This document shows, one piece after another, positions 26,602-36,264 of a DNA stretch of 64,000 nt. Source of the stretch: Candidatus Uhrbacteria bacterium (GTDB lineage Bacteria; Patescibacteriota; Patescibacteriia; UBA9934); assembly GCA_943354605.1 (NCBI GenBank), contig CALRCK010000002.1, forward strand, positions 71,186 to 135,185, written 5' to 3'. A program made the position numbers and the translations under genes. The number at the start of each line of letters is the position of its first letter. Positions within the stretch are counted from its first letter, which is position 1. The notes below the pieces were generated by a model. The model had not been told where the DNA came from. It ran no database searches and saw only the letters and a program-made list of their open reading frames with translations.

Positions 26602-27591
26602 ATGGAACCGTCGAAACATCCTGCAATATTCATTATTGTGCTCATCGCGCTGGGCATTGGAATTGGCGTCACCATTTCTTGGCTCCTTTTCCGGCCAAAC
26701 GCCATTGACACCGGGCATACGTTACGCTTAACCGACCCCAACTACCCGCTCATCAAACCGCTCCTGGCGTGCAACATCGATAGCACAACACCAACAAAAA
26801 CGCTCGACCCATTACAATCATCGCTTCAAGACGCGGTGGATCGCGCGACTGCCGCAGGAGACATCACTCGTGCAGGAATCTATATACGAAAACTCTCCGA
26901 TGGCACCTGGACCGCAGTACACGGCGACGACGAATACAGTCCCGCAAGTCTCATGAAAATCGTGACACTCTTCGTGTATCTTCACGATGCGGACAATGAT
27001 CCTTCCGTCCTTGATCGCGTTCTTGTTGTCGATCCAACCATCAACACGGGGACGCAAAATATCATCCCAACATCAACAGCCATTCCAGGAAAACGCTACA
27101 CCGTCAATGAGCTCCTCCGATACATGATTGTGAATTCAGACAACGTCGCAACGCTTACGTTGGTACACAATACGCAAAACGATGAACTGAATACACTGTT
27201 AAATGATTTGGAAATTCCCGGATATTTAGACGAAGAAAATTTCACCATATCCCCAAGACACTACTCTCGATTTCTCCGCATTCTGTACAACAGCACTTTG
27301 CTGAGCGAAAAATCCTCAGAATTTGCCTTGGAATTGCTCGCGGCGAGCGACTACCGTGATGCGCTCGTCCAAGGAATTGCCCCACAAGAAACCACTGCTC
27401 ACAAATTTGGCGAACGTGGCATCACAAATGCTGACGGTTCAAAATCGTATCAACTCCACGACTGCGGAATTGTCTATGCACTAGAGCCGTATATGCTATG
27501 CATCATGACCGAAGGGAACGACCTACCCACGCTCGCGAACACCATTGCCTCGTTCACGACGATCGTTGATACATTCATCAATACCTACTGA
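26602..27591 (+). CDS. Class A beta-lactamase-family serine hydrolase (paralog 1)
   Basis: PASLMKIVTL (S-x-x-K), NSDNVAT (SDN) and HKFGE (KTG-like). N-terminal TM anchor. Confidence 0.65.
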   Translation: MEPSKHPAIFIIVLIALGIGIGVTISWLLFRPNAIDTGHTLRLTDPNYPLIKPLLACNIDSTTPTKTLDPLQSSLQDAVDRATAAGDITRAGIYIRKLSDGTWTAVHGDDEYSPASLMKIVTLFVYLHDADNDPSVLDRVLVVDPTINTGTQNIIPTSTAIPGKRYTVNELLRYMIVNSDNVATLTLVHNTQNDELNTLLNDLEIPGYLDEENFTISPRHYSRFLRILYNSTLLSEKSSEFALELLAASDYRDALVQGIAPQETTAHKFGERGITNADGSKSYQLHDCGIVYALEPYMLCIMTEGNDLPTLANTIASFTTIVDTFINTY

Positions 27592-27621
27592 TGTGCGTCC
27601 CGCGGGGATCTCATAGAAAAA

Positions 27622-28641
27622 ATGTTAAATCACTGCAAAAATACAGCCATGATTTCAACACGACACACTGTACTCATCGTTTGTACAACAGCAATATTCG
27701 GCTTTTGTTTTGGTGTTGGAGCCAGTTTGTGGTTCTCCTCTTTAACAAGCGCCGACAAAACTGGTCACACGCTTCGGATTAAAAATCTGAGCTATCCCCT
27801 CATCAAACCCCTCCTTGCCTGCAATATCGACGCACAAACTCCTACACCCGCCTTGAACGACCTTCAATCACTACTTAAAAAAGCCATCGACACTGCAACA
27901 GAAAGCGGTAACATCGCCAAAGCAGGAATATATATTCGTGATTTGGACGACGGGTCATGGACGTCGGTGAATGGCGATGATCGGTACACTCCCGCGAGCC
28001 TCATGAAAATCGTGACGCTGATGGGATATTTAAACGAAGCCGAAAACAATCCATCGATCCTTCAAAACAGGCTCACAGTGGATCCGGATCTCGACGTCAC
28101 AAAACAAAATATCATTCCCGCACTCTCGGCCGAGCCAGGAAAAGAATACACCGTCGCGGAGCTTCTCCAGATGATGATTGCGTATTCAGACAATACCGCT
28201 TCACACACGCTTATTGAACATATGAGAGCTGAATCACTGAACGGTCTTCTTGACGTTTTGGAAATTCCAACATTTGCGGACGAAGCGCATTATACAATCT
28301 CGCCGCGCCTCTACTCACGGCTCCTGAGAATTCTTTACAATAGCACACTACTGACGGCCTCAGATTCCGAACGTGCACTCGAACTTCTCGCACAAACCGA
28401 TTATCGCGAAGCACTCGTCAAAGGCGTAGATGCCTCAGAAACCGTCGCACACAAATTTGGCGATGTCACACTCCTCAACTCCGACGGAACAACGTCCTAC
28501 CAACACCATGATTGCGGGATTGTTTATGCAACACATCCATACGTTATCTGCATCATGACCGAAGGGAACGACTTACCAACGCTCGCGAACACCATTGCCT
28601 CGTTCACGACGATCGTTGATACGTTTATGAACGATCGGTAA
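27622..28641 (+). CDS. Class A beta-lactamase-family serine hydrolase (paralog 2, tandem duplicate)
   Basis: Same motifs (PASLMKIVTL, YSDNTAS, HKFGD). The last ~90 nt are nearly identical to paralog 1. Confidence 0.65.
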   Translation: MLNHCKNTAMISTRHTVLIVCTTAIFGFCFGVGASLWFSSLTSADKTGHTLRIKNLSYPLIKPLLACNIDAQTPTPALNDLQSLLKKAIDTATESGNIAKAGIYIRDLDDGSWTSVNGDDRYTPASLMKIVTLMGYLNEAENNPSILQNRLTVDPDLDVTKQNIIPALSAEPGKEYTVAELLQMMIAYSDNTASHTLIEHMRAESLNGLLDVLEIPTFADEAHYTISPRLYSRLLRILYNSTLLTASDSERALELLAQTDYREALVKGVDASETVAHKFGDVTLLNSDGTTSYQHHDCGIVYATHPYVICIMTEGNDLPTLANTIASFTTIVDTFMNDR

Positions 28642-28987
28642 AACGCGAACGCCACGTTGGGATATTGTTCCAAAGACGTTGCCAGGAACCCAGTACTCCA
28701 GGGAGCGGCTTCCGAACAATGATAGTTATTGCAGACACAAGGATCAACAAAAGCATCGCAACAAGAGAAACCCCGTCTTGTACCTCTTGTGATACGCCTT
28801 GGGCCTCAAGAATGTTCGAAAGCACACCAATTCCGATCGCTCCAAGAATAATTGGCAGCGCGAATGCACCGGCATACCCATAGCGCTTTGCAAGAAATTT
28901 TCCCAACGAATCCATATACCCGCATTGTACAGCACGACGGCGGCAAAAAGTTTTCCACAGGTCCAAGGGGTGGCGCAATTTTTCCAT
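28625..28987 (-). CDS. Small membrane protein, hypothetical
   Basis: 120-aa ORF with two hydrophobic helices. Converges on the upstream hydrolase gene with a 17-nt overlap. Start uncertain (possible ATG at 28915). Confidence 0.35.
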   Translation of the reverse strand: MEKLRHPLDLWKTFCRRRAVQCGYMDSLGKFLAKRYGYAGAFALPIILGAIGIGVLSNILEAQGVSQEVQDGVSLVAMLLLILVSAITIIVRKPLPGVLGSWQRLWNNIPTWRSRFTDRS

Positions 28988-29024
28988 GTATGCTTTCTCT
29001 AGGATTAATACTTAATCACTTCCT

Positions 29025-29246
29025 ATGATGAGCAAAGGCGATTGTTCCGTACACAAGGTCGCGAGTGTGTTGGTATGGGTTGGTGCTTTAAACTGGGGAC
29101 TTTGGGGCTTCTTCCAGTGGAATCTTGTGCACTCGCTCCTTGGCAGCGTAGCAGGAGGATCGTTGGAAAATGTGGTATACATGCTCGTCGGTCTTTCCGC
29201 AGTGGCCATGCTCTTCTGTGGCAAGTGCAAAATGTGTAAGATGTAA
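29025..29246 (+). CDS. DUF378-family small membrane protein
   Basis: 73 aa. VLVWVGALNWGLWGFFQWNLVHSLLGS...VVYMLVGLSAVAMLF matches the DUF378 pattern. Confidence 0.55.
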   Translation: MMSKGDCSVHKVASVLVWVGALNWGLWGFFQWNLVHSLLGSVAGGSLENVVYMLVGLSAVAMLFCGKCKMCKM

Positions 29247-29271
29247 CAGTCCTGTGTCGGTCGATTCAACT

Positions 29272-29305
29272 CAAAACACGGCCCGAAAGAGCTGTGTTTT
29301 GTTTT
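29272..29305 (+). terminator. Terminator-like hairpin CAAAACACGGCCCGAAAGAGCTGTGTTTTG
   Basis: Inverted repeat plus a T-run after the DUF378 gene. Confidence 0.5.
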
Positions 29306-29399
29306 TGCGAACCTGAACTGAACCTTTGAGGAGCCGTGACGAAACAAGAAAAGAATGCCGAGCGACATCATCGGCGAACTCGGGGGTACTCGATTTTAA

Positions 29400-29525
29400 A
29401 CGGGGCACTTTCTTAACGCAACTCATTTGCATTAAGAAAACGCTGGTCGATTTTGCCGATCCGCGTAGTCGGCGATAACAACGTTTACAATCGGCGATCA
29501 CGCATTTTCGGAATCGATTTCATCA
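29400..29525 (-). repeat. R5 repeat, second copy (inverse orientation relative to 18425-18545)
   Basis: See the R5 feature at 18425-18545. Confidence 0.55.
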
Positions 29526-29707
29526 TTTCTCAATTTTAGGCTCAGGCCACATTCTGTCGCGCAGTTGTAAAACACCGAAATTCGAAAGTGCCGTTTTCTT
29601 TCGCAGTACCCCATACCCCAAGGCCCAGTCATCCCGTCTCTGTTCATTCAAAAGATCACCTCAGATCCCAATCTTTCCCACTCTCAAAGATTCAGCTCAG
29701 GTTCAGG

Positions 29708-30217
29708 TCATTTCACAATCAGCACCCCTTCCATTCCCAACTTTCGGTGCGCACCAATGTCGCAGTAATACGGGTAGCTTCCTGGTGCTGTTGGCGCGGT
29801 GAATACAACAACCGTGCCGGTGGTAATTGTTTTCTTCAAACCGATTTCGTCGATGACGAACGTATGTGTTCCCTCATTGTCCGTAAAAGAAATCGATACC
29901 TTTTGGCCAGGACTCGCCGTAATTGTTGCCGGGTCGAAAAAGAAGTTCCCCGATGTCATCGCGATAGCCAAAGGCTCCGGCTCGGCGGCGGGAGGCACAA
30001 CGATTTCCGTTGTTACTGCAGAAGTAGTAGTGGTGGTTGTCGTTGCTGTGTCTGAAACGGACTTTGACGACGAAGCTGGTATGGTCGTTAAAGATTCCGA
30101 TGTCGCTGCCGGCGTTGTGGCGGCTGGAGCTGTCGATGTTGGCGCAACGGTCGCCGACGATCCGCACCCTGCGCCAAGAAGCAAAAGGATACTCATCGCA
30201 AAAGCAAAACGTTTCAT
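29708..30217 (-). CDS. Cupredoxin (plastocyanin/azurin-like blue copper) lipoprotein
   Basis: Lipobox LLLGAGC, Thr/Ala-rich linker. C-terminal GTHTF...YPYYCDIGAHRKLGMEGVL provides H...C..H...M copper ligand spacing. Confidence 0.7.
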   Translation of the reverse strand: MKRFAFAMSILLLLGAGCGSSATVAPTSTAPAATTPAATSESLTTIPASSSKSVSDTATTTTTTTSAVTTEIVVPPAAEPEPLAIAMTSGNFFFDPATITASPGQKVSISFTDNEGTHTFVIDEIGLKKTITTGTVVVFTAPTAPGSYPYYCDIGAHRKLGMEGVLIVK

Positions 30218-30224
30218 AGAAAAA

Positions 30225-31628
30225 TTATCCGCCGTGGATCGTTAATGAAAGCGTACCACCGCCACCAACCACGTACGCCACACGATCTCGTGCCTTCAAA
30301 AATCCGTGACGAATCAGGAACGCATGTGATCGGGGAACAAATGTTCCGGCGTCAAGCGGCAGCACGAATGGGACGACTCCAGCATACAGCACAATGCGTC
30401 GCGCCTGGGCAGCATCCTCGCATCCAACAAGGATTGGAACGTGTGGCCGATATCGAGGAAGTGCTAATGCAACGTCAGGAAGCGCCACGGTACTCACGAT
30501 CGCATCAATCAGCGCTCGCGACGCCATAACAGCAACATTGTGCGCAAAGGCGTGCACCGGACTATCAACGTCGTCAATCGGCATCTCCACCAAATCAAAC
30601 CGAGATTGCTCCGCTTCGTCAATCACCGACGCCATTGCCTGCACCGTTGCCGCAGGATACCGGCCAGACGCGGATTCTGCGGAAAGCATCACCGCATCCG
30701 TATGATCAAGCACCGCGTTGGCGACGTCGGACACCTCAGCGCGAGTCGCACGAGGATTGCGAGCCATGGAATCAAGCATGTGCGTTGCAATAATGATCGG
30801 CTTCCCCGCTCGCCTACACTTTTCAATAACCTCCTTCTGCACAATCGGCACTTCTTCCATCGGAATCTCCAGTCCAAGATCACCCCTACCGAGCATGATC
30901 CCATCAACAACCTCAAGAATCTCATCAAACCGCTCCACCGCAAGCGCGGTTTCAATCTTTGCCATAATCCATGGCACCGGAACCCCGTTCGCTCGAGCGG
31001 TGGCGATTGCAACACGCCGAACATGCTCGACAACTTCTGGTTTTGCAATAAACGACAACACCAACCAATCCACGCCGTGCGCGACGCCAAACAACAGATC
31101 CGCGTGATCCTTTTCTGTAAATGGATCCACGCTCACTTTCGTATCCGGAAGATTCATCCCCTTTCGCGACTTCAACAATCCGCCGTGAACAACCTTCGTA
31201 TGGATAACCCTTCCCTTCACGCTCGTCACCACAACCTCCAAAAAACCGTCATCAAGGAGAATTCGATCCCCCGCCTTCACGTCGCGATGAAGATTTTTAT
31301 ACGTCACCGGCAATGCGCCGTTTACCTCGTACGTCTCAATCGCGGTTGAAAAACTCACCGATTGCCCCTGATGCAGTTCCACACCAGTATCAGGCAACGC
31401 ACCAACGCGAATCTTCGGCCCCTGTAAATCTTGCAAAATCGTAATATGCTTCCCGGTTTTCTTTGCGCTCGATCGAATATTTCGTAACAACACCTCGTGC
31501 TCCGGATGCGTGCCGTGGGAAAAATTCAGCCGCGCCACATCCATACCAGACCGCATCATGCGGGTTAATACCGACGGCGCCGACGACGCCGGGCCAATGG
31601 TACAAACAATTCGTGTTCTGCGCGGCAT
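30225..31628 (-). CDS. pyk: Pyruvate kinase
   Basis: From ATG 31628: MPRRTRIVCTIGPASSAP...NFSHGTHPEH...MVARGDLGLEIP. The listed ORF extends to 31691 through the R3 hairpin. Confidence 0.9.
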   Translation of the reverse strand: MPRRTRIVCTIGPASSAPSVLTRMMRSGMDVARLNFSHGTHPEHEVLLRNIRSSAKKTGKHITILQDLQGPKIRVGALPDTGVELHQGQSVSFSTAIETYEVNGALPVTYKNLHRDVKAGDRILLDDGFLEVVVTSVKGRVIHTKVVHGGLLKSRKGMNLPDTKVSVDPFTEKDHADLLFGVAHGVDWLVLSFIAKPEVVEHVRRVAIATARANGVPVPWIMAKIETALAVERFDEILEVVDGIMLGRGDLGLEIPMEEVPIVQKEVIEKCRRAGKPIIIATHMLDSMARNPRATRAEVSDVANAVLDHTDAVMLSAESASGRYPAATVQAMASVIDEAEQSRFDLVEMPIDDVDSPVHAFAHNVAVMASRALIDAIVSTVALPDVALALPRYRPHVPILVGCEDAAQARRIVLYAGVVPFVLPLDAGTFVPRSHAFLIRHGFLKARDRVAYVVGGGGTLSLTIHGG

Positions 31629-31656
31629 ACAGGAGAAAGTATAACACCTGCAGCCC

Positions 31657-31690
31657 CATACTGGATCCCCGCCTGCGCGGGGATGACTCA
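31657..31690. repeat. R3 REP-like hairpin GGATCCCCGCCTGCGCGGGGATGACTCA. Other copies at 36193-36226 and 52660-52696.
   Basis: GCGGGGATGA / TCATCCCCGC perfect stem. Three near-identical copies, all in short intergenic gaps of minus-strand operons. Confidence 0.65.
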
Positions 31691-31695
31691 AAGAG

Positions 31696-32154
31696 TCACT
31701 TTCCCGACAGATTTTTCAGCTCCTTTTCAAACATCTCCAATCCTTCAAAGGAACGATACACCGAGGCAAACCGAATGTAGGCAACTTTGTCGAATCCCTT
31801 CAGTTGTTGCATCACGATCTCTCCAATCTGTGCCGACGTAATCTCTCCCCCGCGAACCTTCTGAATCTCGCGTTCAATGTTATGCACTAACGAATGAAAT
31901 TGGTTTTGTGTGTACGGACGCTTCTCGAGCGACTTCTTCAGTCCGGATTCCAACTTCTCTCGCAAATATGGCTCGCGACGGCCGTTCCGCTTTATCACCG
32001 CACAGTCCATGAGCTCAACTTCCTCCTGCGTACTAAAACGAAACGCACATCGCGTTTTTTCACACTCCCGTCGCCTGCGCACCGCCATGCCGTCCTGCGA
32101 AAGGCGGGAGTCGATGACTTTTGTGGATTTATAGTCGCAGACGGGACACCTCAT
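31696..32154 (-). CDS. nrdR: Transcriptional repressor NrdR
   Basis: MRCPVCDYKSTKVIDSRLSQDGMAVRRRRECEKTRCAFRFSTQEEVE... (zinc ribbon plus ATP-cone). Confidence 0.9.
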   Translation of the reverse strand: MRCPVCDYKSTKVIDSRLSQDGMAVRRRRECEKTRCAFRFSTQEEVELMDCAVIKRNGRREPYLREKLESGLKKSLEKRPYTQNQFHSLVHNIEREIQKVRGGEITSAQIGEIVMQQLKGFDKVAYIRFASVYRSFEGLEMFEKELKNLSGK

Positions 32155-32164
32155 ATGCCACAGA

Positions 32165-32270
32165 GTCACCCTGAGCGTAGCGACTTGTGCCCCGAAGGGG
32201 TAAGGGTCTCTCGCAGGTTATCAGTTTCCCTGCGGGGATGTTTCGCTTCGTTCAACATGACTGATTGAAA
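32165..32270. repeat. Degenerate R2-like palindromic element (GTCACCCTGAGCGTAGCGA ... TTTCGCTTCGTTCAACATGACTGA)
   Basis: By-eye similarity to the R2 arms. Confidence 0.4.
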
Positions 32271-32287
32271 ATCGTATCTCAGACCAA

Positions 32288-33640
32288 TTACATCATCTTT
32301 CTTCGGATAAACGCTGGAATCCCAAAGTCATCATCTTCACTCTTTTGCGGTGGCTGCTGGATTGGCGCTGGCGCTTGCTGTTGCGGAGGCTGATTGGAAA
32401 CGGGCTGCTGGCGGAATCGCGGTTCGGACGGGATAACATCATTCATCATTGATGCACGCGGCATTGGTTCTTGATACATCTCGCGCTCTTGCGGCACCAA
32501 GCGCTCCATCTGCGGCTGAGCAGGCGGCGCCGAAGGGACCTTTCGCGACTCGAACGGTGTTTCGTACGGCGATGCAACACGCGATGTTCCGCGGAAGTCG
32601 TCCCGACGCGCAGCTGGCGTTGGTTGCCACGTGGAGCGCGGCGCAATTTCCACATCTCCAGCCAAGCTTGGTGCGCGGCGCATCTCACGATTATCAAATC
32701 CGGTTGCAACAACAGTGATACGCACTTCGTCACCCATCGTTTCATCGATGTTCGCACCAAAAATCACACGAGCATCGTCGTCGGCAGATCCAGTAATAAC
32801 CTTCGCGGCTTCCGCAACCTCGTACATGGCGAGGTCTGGACCACCAGTAACCGTAAACAAAATGCCCTTTGCGCCGTCGATCGAAATCTCGAGCAACGGG
32901 CTTGCGATCGCCTGCTTCGCCGCATCCACCGCACGATTTTCGCCCGACGCCTTTCCGATACCCATGAGCGCACTTCCGGCATTCGCCATAATCGCCTTCA
33001 CGTCGGCGAAGTCCACGTTAATCAACCCTGGAAGCGTAATAATCTCGGCGATTCCTTGCACACCCTGGCGCAACACATCATCAACAATCTTGAACGCGTC
33101 GAGCAGCGACGTCTTCTTATCGATAATCTGCAACACGCGATCGTTCGGAATGGCGATAATGGTGTCCACGTGCTGAAGCAATTCCTGGTATGCGTCTTCT
33201 GCAATCCGCTTCCGCTGTGCGCCTTCAAAGCTAAACGGCTTCGTGACGACGGCAATGGTGAGCGCACCAACTTCGCGAGCGATCTTCGCGATTTCGGGAA
33301 TCGCACCGCTTCCTGTGCCGCCACCCAAACCACACGTCAAAAAAATCATGTCCGCACCAGCAATGACATTGCGCAAATCGTTCGCATTCTCTTCTGCAGA
33401 TCGCCGACCCATCTCTGGGTTCATTCCCGCACCAAGCCCTCGCGTCACCGTCTTTCCGATAGGAATCTTCGTTACCGCCAAGTTTGCGTGCAGTGCCTGA
33501 GCATCGGTGTTCACCGCAATAAAATCCACACCTCGCAGGTTTGCCAAGATCATCCGGGTAATTGCCGCGCCGCCTCCGCCACCGACACCAATGACCTTAA
33601 TTTTCGCGCAAGTTTCGATGTCCGGTTTGATTTCCGCCAT
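32288..33640 (-). CDS. ftsZ: Cell division protein FtsZ
   Basis: IKVIGVGGGGGAAITRM...GLGGGTGSGAIPEIAKIARE. The ORF is listed from a TTG at 33649; ATG at 33640 is preferred. Confidence 0.95.
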   Translation of the reverse strand: MAEIKPDIETCAKIKVIGVGGGGGAAITRMILANLRGVDFIAVNTDAQALHANLAVTKIPIGKTVTRGLGAGMNPEMGRRSAEENANDLRNVIAGADMIFLTCGLGGGTGSGAIPEIAKIAREVGALTIAVVTKPFSFEGAQRKRIAEDAYQELLQHVDTIIAIPNDRVLQIIDKKTSLLDAFKIVDDVLRQGVQGIAEIITLPGLINVDFADVKAIMANAGSALMGIGKASGENRAVDAAKQAIASPLLEISIDGAKGILFTVTGGPDLAMYEVAEAAKVITGSADDDARVIFGANIDETMGDEVRITVVATGFDNREMRRAPSLAGDVEIAPRSTWQPTPAARRDDFRGTSRVASPYETPFESRKVPSAPPAQPQMERLVPQEREMYQEPMPRASMMNDVIPSEPRFRQQPVSNQPPQQQAPAPIQQPPQKSEDDDFGIPAFIRRKMM

Positions 33641-33924
33641 AGTGAACAACCAAATGGTTCAAGGATAGGGAGCCCTGAACACTGAATGTGATCACCGTAT
33701 AGTATAGCGTGTTCAAGGGTCAACGAATACTGGGGATGAAATGGGGACAGGATAGGGCTAAACTAAGTTTGAGACTAACTAAGTTAGTAGCAAACTTAGT
33801 TAGTGGCAGACTTTCAAAAGCATCCGCCCCGCAAACTCTTTCGAGCCGCGGGGCGGGCGTTGGCCGGTCGCTGCGTACGACCGGCCTGGCGTGGGTTGTG
33901 GAACCTACCGAACGGAGACCGAGA

Positions 33925-34686
33925 TCAGGCGGTGGTAGCGAGCCAGATGGCGAAGTCCAGGAACGCCTGGTTGTCGCCGCACTGCGAGCGGTAGATCGCA
34001 GCCTGCCCCGCGAAGACCGGGGCGACGACCTGACGGGCGCCCTGGACGTCCATAATGCGGCGCCAGCCGCCCTGTTCGCCAGCGATGCGAAATGCCTCCT
34101 CCACGAAGCGGTGAATCTTCACGGCCGCGACGTCGTCCACGCTGCCGGCGGCGAAGACCACCGCCTTCTCCACGAGCCATATCATGATCTCCGTTGCGTG
34201 GCGACGCTCGGCGATGGACTGAGCCTCGCCGTCCTTGCGCTCGGCGAACATCGCCTCGATTTCGGGGATGAGGCTATCCTCCCCCACGATTCGGAGGTAG
34301 ACACGCCAGGGCCGGATCTGCTGCTCGGCCCAGGCGCGGTAGTCCGCCTCCTCCTTGCGCTTCGTGCCGGCAGCGATCTGGTCCGCGAGCTCGGCGGCGG
34401 CACGCTCACGGGCAGCGCTGCGATCGGCACGGTTCGGAGCACCCTTACGCCACCAGCCGAAGACGGAGAAGGCGAGGGAGCCGCCGCCGATGAACGCGAC
34501 AGCAGCGATGAGGAGGCTCACGATGCGCGGGCCCGCCTCGGGCGTCCACAGCTTGAGCACGTGGGTGTCCACGAGACGCGCGTAGTCCGGGTCGGACACG
34601 GCCGCGAGGCTGCCGATGAGCACGAGGCTCGGGATGAAGAACGCGGGGTGGATGACGATGCGGTAGAGAAACCGGAGCAGGAACAT
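33925..34686 (-). CDS. High-GC membrane protein, hypothetical (two N-terminal TM helices)
   Basis: 253 aa, GC ~66%, inserted between ftsA and ftsZ. ATG 34686. Confidence 0.6.
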   Translation of the reverse strand: MFLLRFLYRIVIHPAFFIPSLVLIGSLAAVSDPDYARLVDTHVLKLWTPEAGPRIVSLLIAAVAFIGGGSLAFSVFGWWRKGAPNRADRSAARERAAAELADQIAAGTKRKEEADYRAWAEQQIRPWRVYLRIVGEDSLIPEIEAMFAERKDGEAQSIAERRHATEIMIWLVEKAVVFAAGSVDDVAAVKIHRFVEEAFRIAGEQGGWRRIMDVQGARQVVAPVFAGQAAIYRSQCGDNQAFLDFAIWLATTA

Positions 34687-34875
34687 GGCGGAAGCCTTCT
34701 TGTTGGGGGAACGAGGGAGGTTGAATGCCGGATTCGGCTTGGATATTCAATCAAAAAAATGAGAATTTGGCAAGCAAAAGCCAAGAAATAGCACTTGAAA
34801 AGGTTTTAGGGTGTAGGTTTTAGTCCAATCCATCTGCCACGAATCACTAACACCTATAACCTAAAATCTCCAAAC

Positions 34876-36135
34876 TCACGGAACCAACGACTTCATCCAT
34901 TTTCGGAGCTGGTCGGCAACCTTGTCTACGGATTTAAATTTCAGAAGCGATCCCAAAGAGAACTTCCCCTTCCCAACCCCGCGAATCGCGTTTCCCCACA
35001 CCGCCAAGCCAATCGCGGTCGCGAATGCTGGGTCGTGAACTTCGTCGATAACGCTCGAAACGCTCGTTGGAATTCCAAGAGAGCATGGCAAGCGGAGAAT
35101 ACGCTTCGCAACCTCCACAACCCCCTCGAGCTTCACCGATCCTCCGGTGAGGACTGCGCCAACCGGAAGCATGCCGGAGCGGTCGATCTTCCGCAGTTCG
35201 TTGTCGGCGGCCTCGAAAATCTCTTCCAAACGAGCCTCGATGATTTCGGCAATAAAGCGCTGCTTCACCATTTCCTCGCCCTCGATACCGAAGTCGGCGA
35301 GCGCAAATTGTGCCTTGCGATCGACACGGTCTGGCAATGCCTGGCCGTATTGCATCTTTACTTGCTCCGCGACATCGATGGATGTGCGCAAACCAATCGC
35401 GATGTCGTTCGTAATATGATCCCCGCCAAACGGAAGCACCGCCGTGTGAAGTAAATCCCCTTCCTCGAACACCGCCAATGTGGTGGACGACGCACCGACG
35501 TTCAGCACGCACACACCAAGTTCTTTCTGCCGCTGTGTGAGCACAGCCTCCGCAGTTGCCAGTGGCGTATACACCAAATCGTCAATATCAAGACCGGTGC
35601 GATACACGCTCTTGGTGAGATTTTTAATATGCGATGCAAGGGCCTCGATGATGAGCGCATCCACCTCCAAACGAATACCGTTCATGCCCACCGGATCTTT
35701 CACTCCGCGCTGACCGTCCACCGTAAAACTCTTTGGAATAACATGAAGAATGTCGTAATTCGTTGGCGTTGCCACCGATCGCGCAGCCTCCATGGCGCGC
35801 TCCACATCTTCCTCCCGCATCTCGGCATCGGTTCGCGACACGCCAATCACTCCTCTGCTCTCCTGCACCAAAATGCTCTGGCCAGCAATGCCAACCCAGG
35901 CACTATTAATCGCCACACCGGTCATGCGCTCTGCTTTTTCGAGTGCTTTCGAGATTGACGAGACAGCATCTTCGAGGCTCGAGATTGCGCCCCGATGCAC
36001 GCCAAACGACGGCGACGATACCGCGCCAATCACATGAAGGCGGGGTTTCCCGTCTTCGCCAGGCATCATCTGAAGAACCGCCACCCGAATGGTAGACGAT
36101 CCAATATCAAGACCAGTGAGGATTTCATCCGCCAT
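34876..36135 (-). CDS. ftsA: Cell division protein FtsA
   Basis: From ATG 36135: MADEILTGLDIGSSTIRVAVLQ... Actin-fold motifs. Confidence 0.9.
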   Translation of the reverse strand: MADEILTGLDIGSSTIRVAVLQMMPGEDGKPRLHVIGAVSSPSFGVHRGAISSLEDAVSSISKALEKAERMTGVAINSAWVGIAGQSILVQESRGVIGVSRTDAEMREEDVERAMEAARSVATPTNYDILHVIPKSFTVDGQRGVKDPVGMNGIRLEVDALIIEALASHIKNLTKSVYRTGLDIDDLVYTPLATAEAVLTQRQKELGVCVLNVGASSTTLAVFEEGDLLHTAVLPFGGDHITNDIAIGLRTSIDVAEQVKMQYGQALPDRVDRKAQFALADFGIEGEEMVKQRFIAEIIEARLEEIFEAADNELRKIDRSGMLPVGAVLTGGSVKLEGVVEVAKRILRLPCSLGIPTSVSSVIDEVHDPAFATAIGLAVWGNAIRGVGKGKFSLGSLLKFKSVDKVADQLRKWMKSLVP

Positions 36136-36192
36136 AACTCGAACAGAATTATAACATAGGAGAATCGAGCCTCGGGTCATCTACGCACCTCC

Positions 36193-36226
36193 CTCAGTCA
36201 TCCCCGCCTGCGCGGGGATGACTGAG
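36193..36226. repeat. R3 REP-like hairpin, copy 2 (AGTCATCCCCGCCTGCGCGGGGATGACTGA)
   Basis: Perfect inverted repeat. Confidence 0.65.
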
Positions 36227-36264
36227 GGAAAAAGGGGATGACTGAAAAATGACAAAAAGAAATT

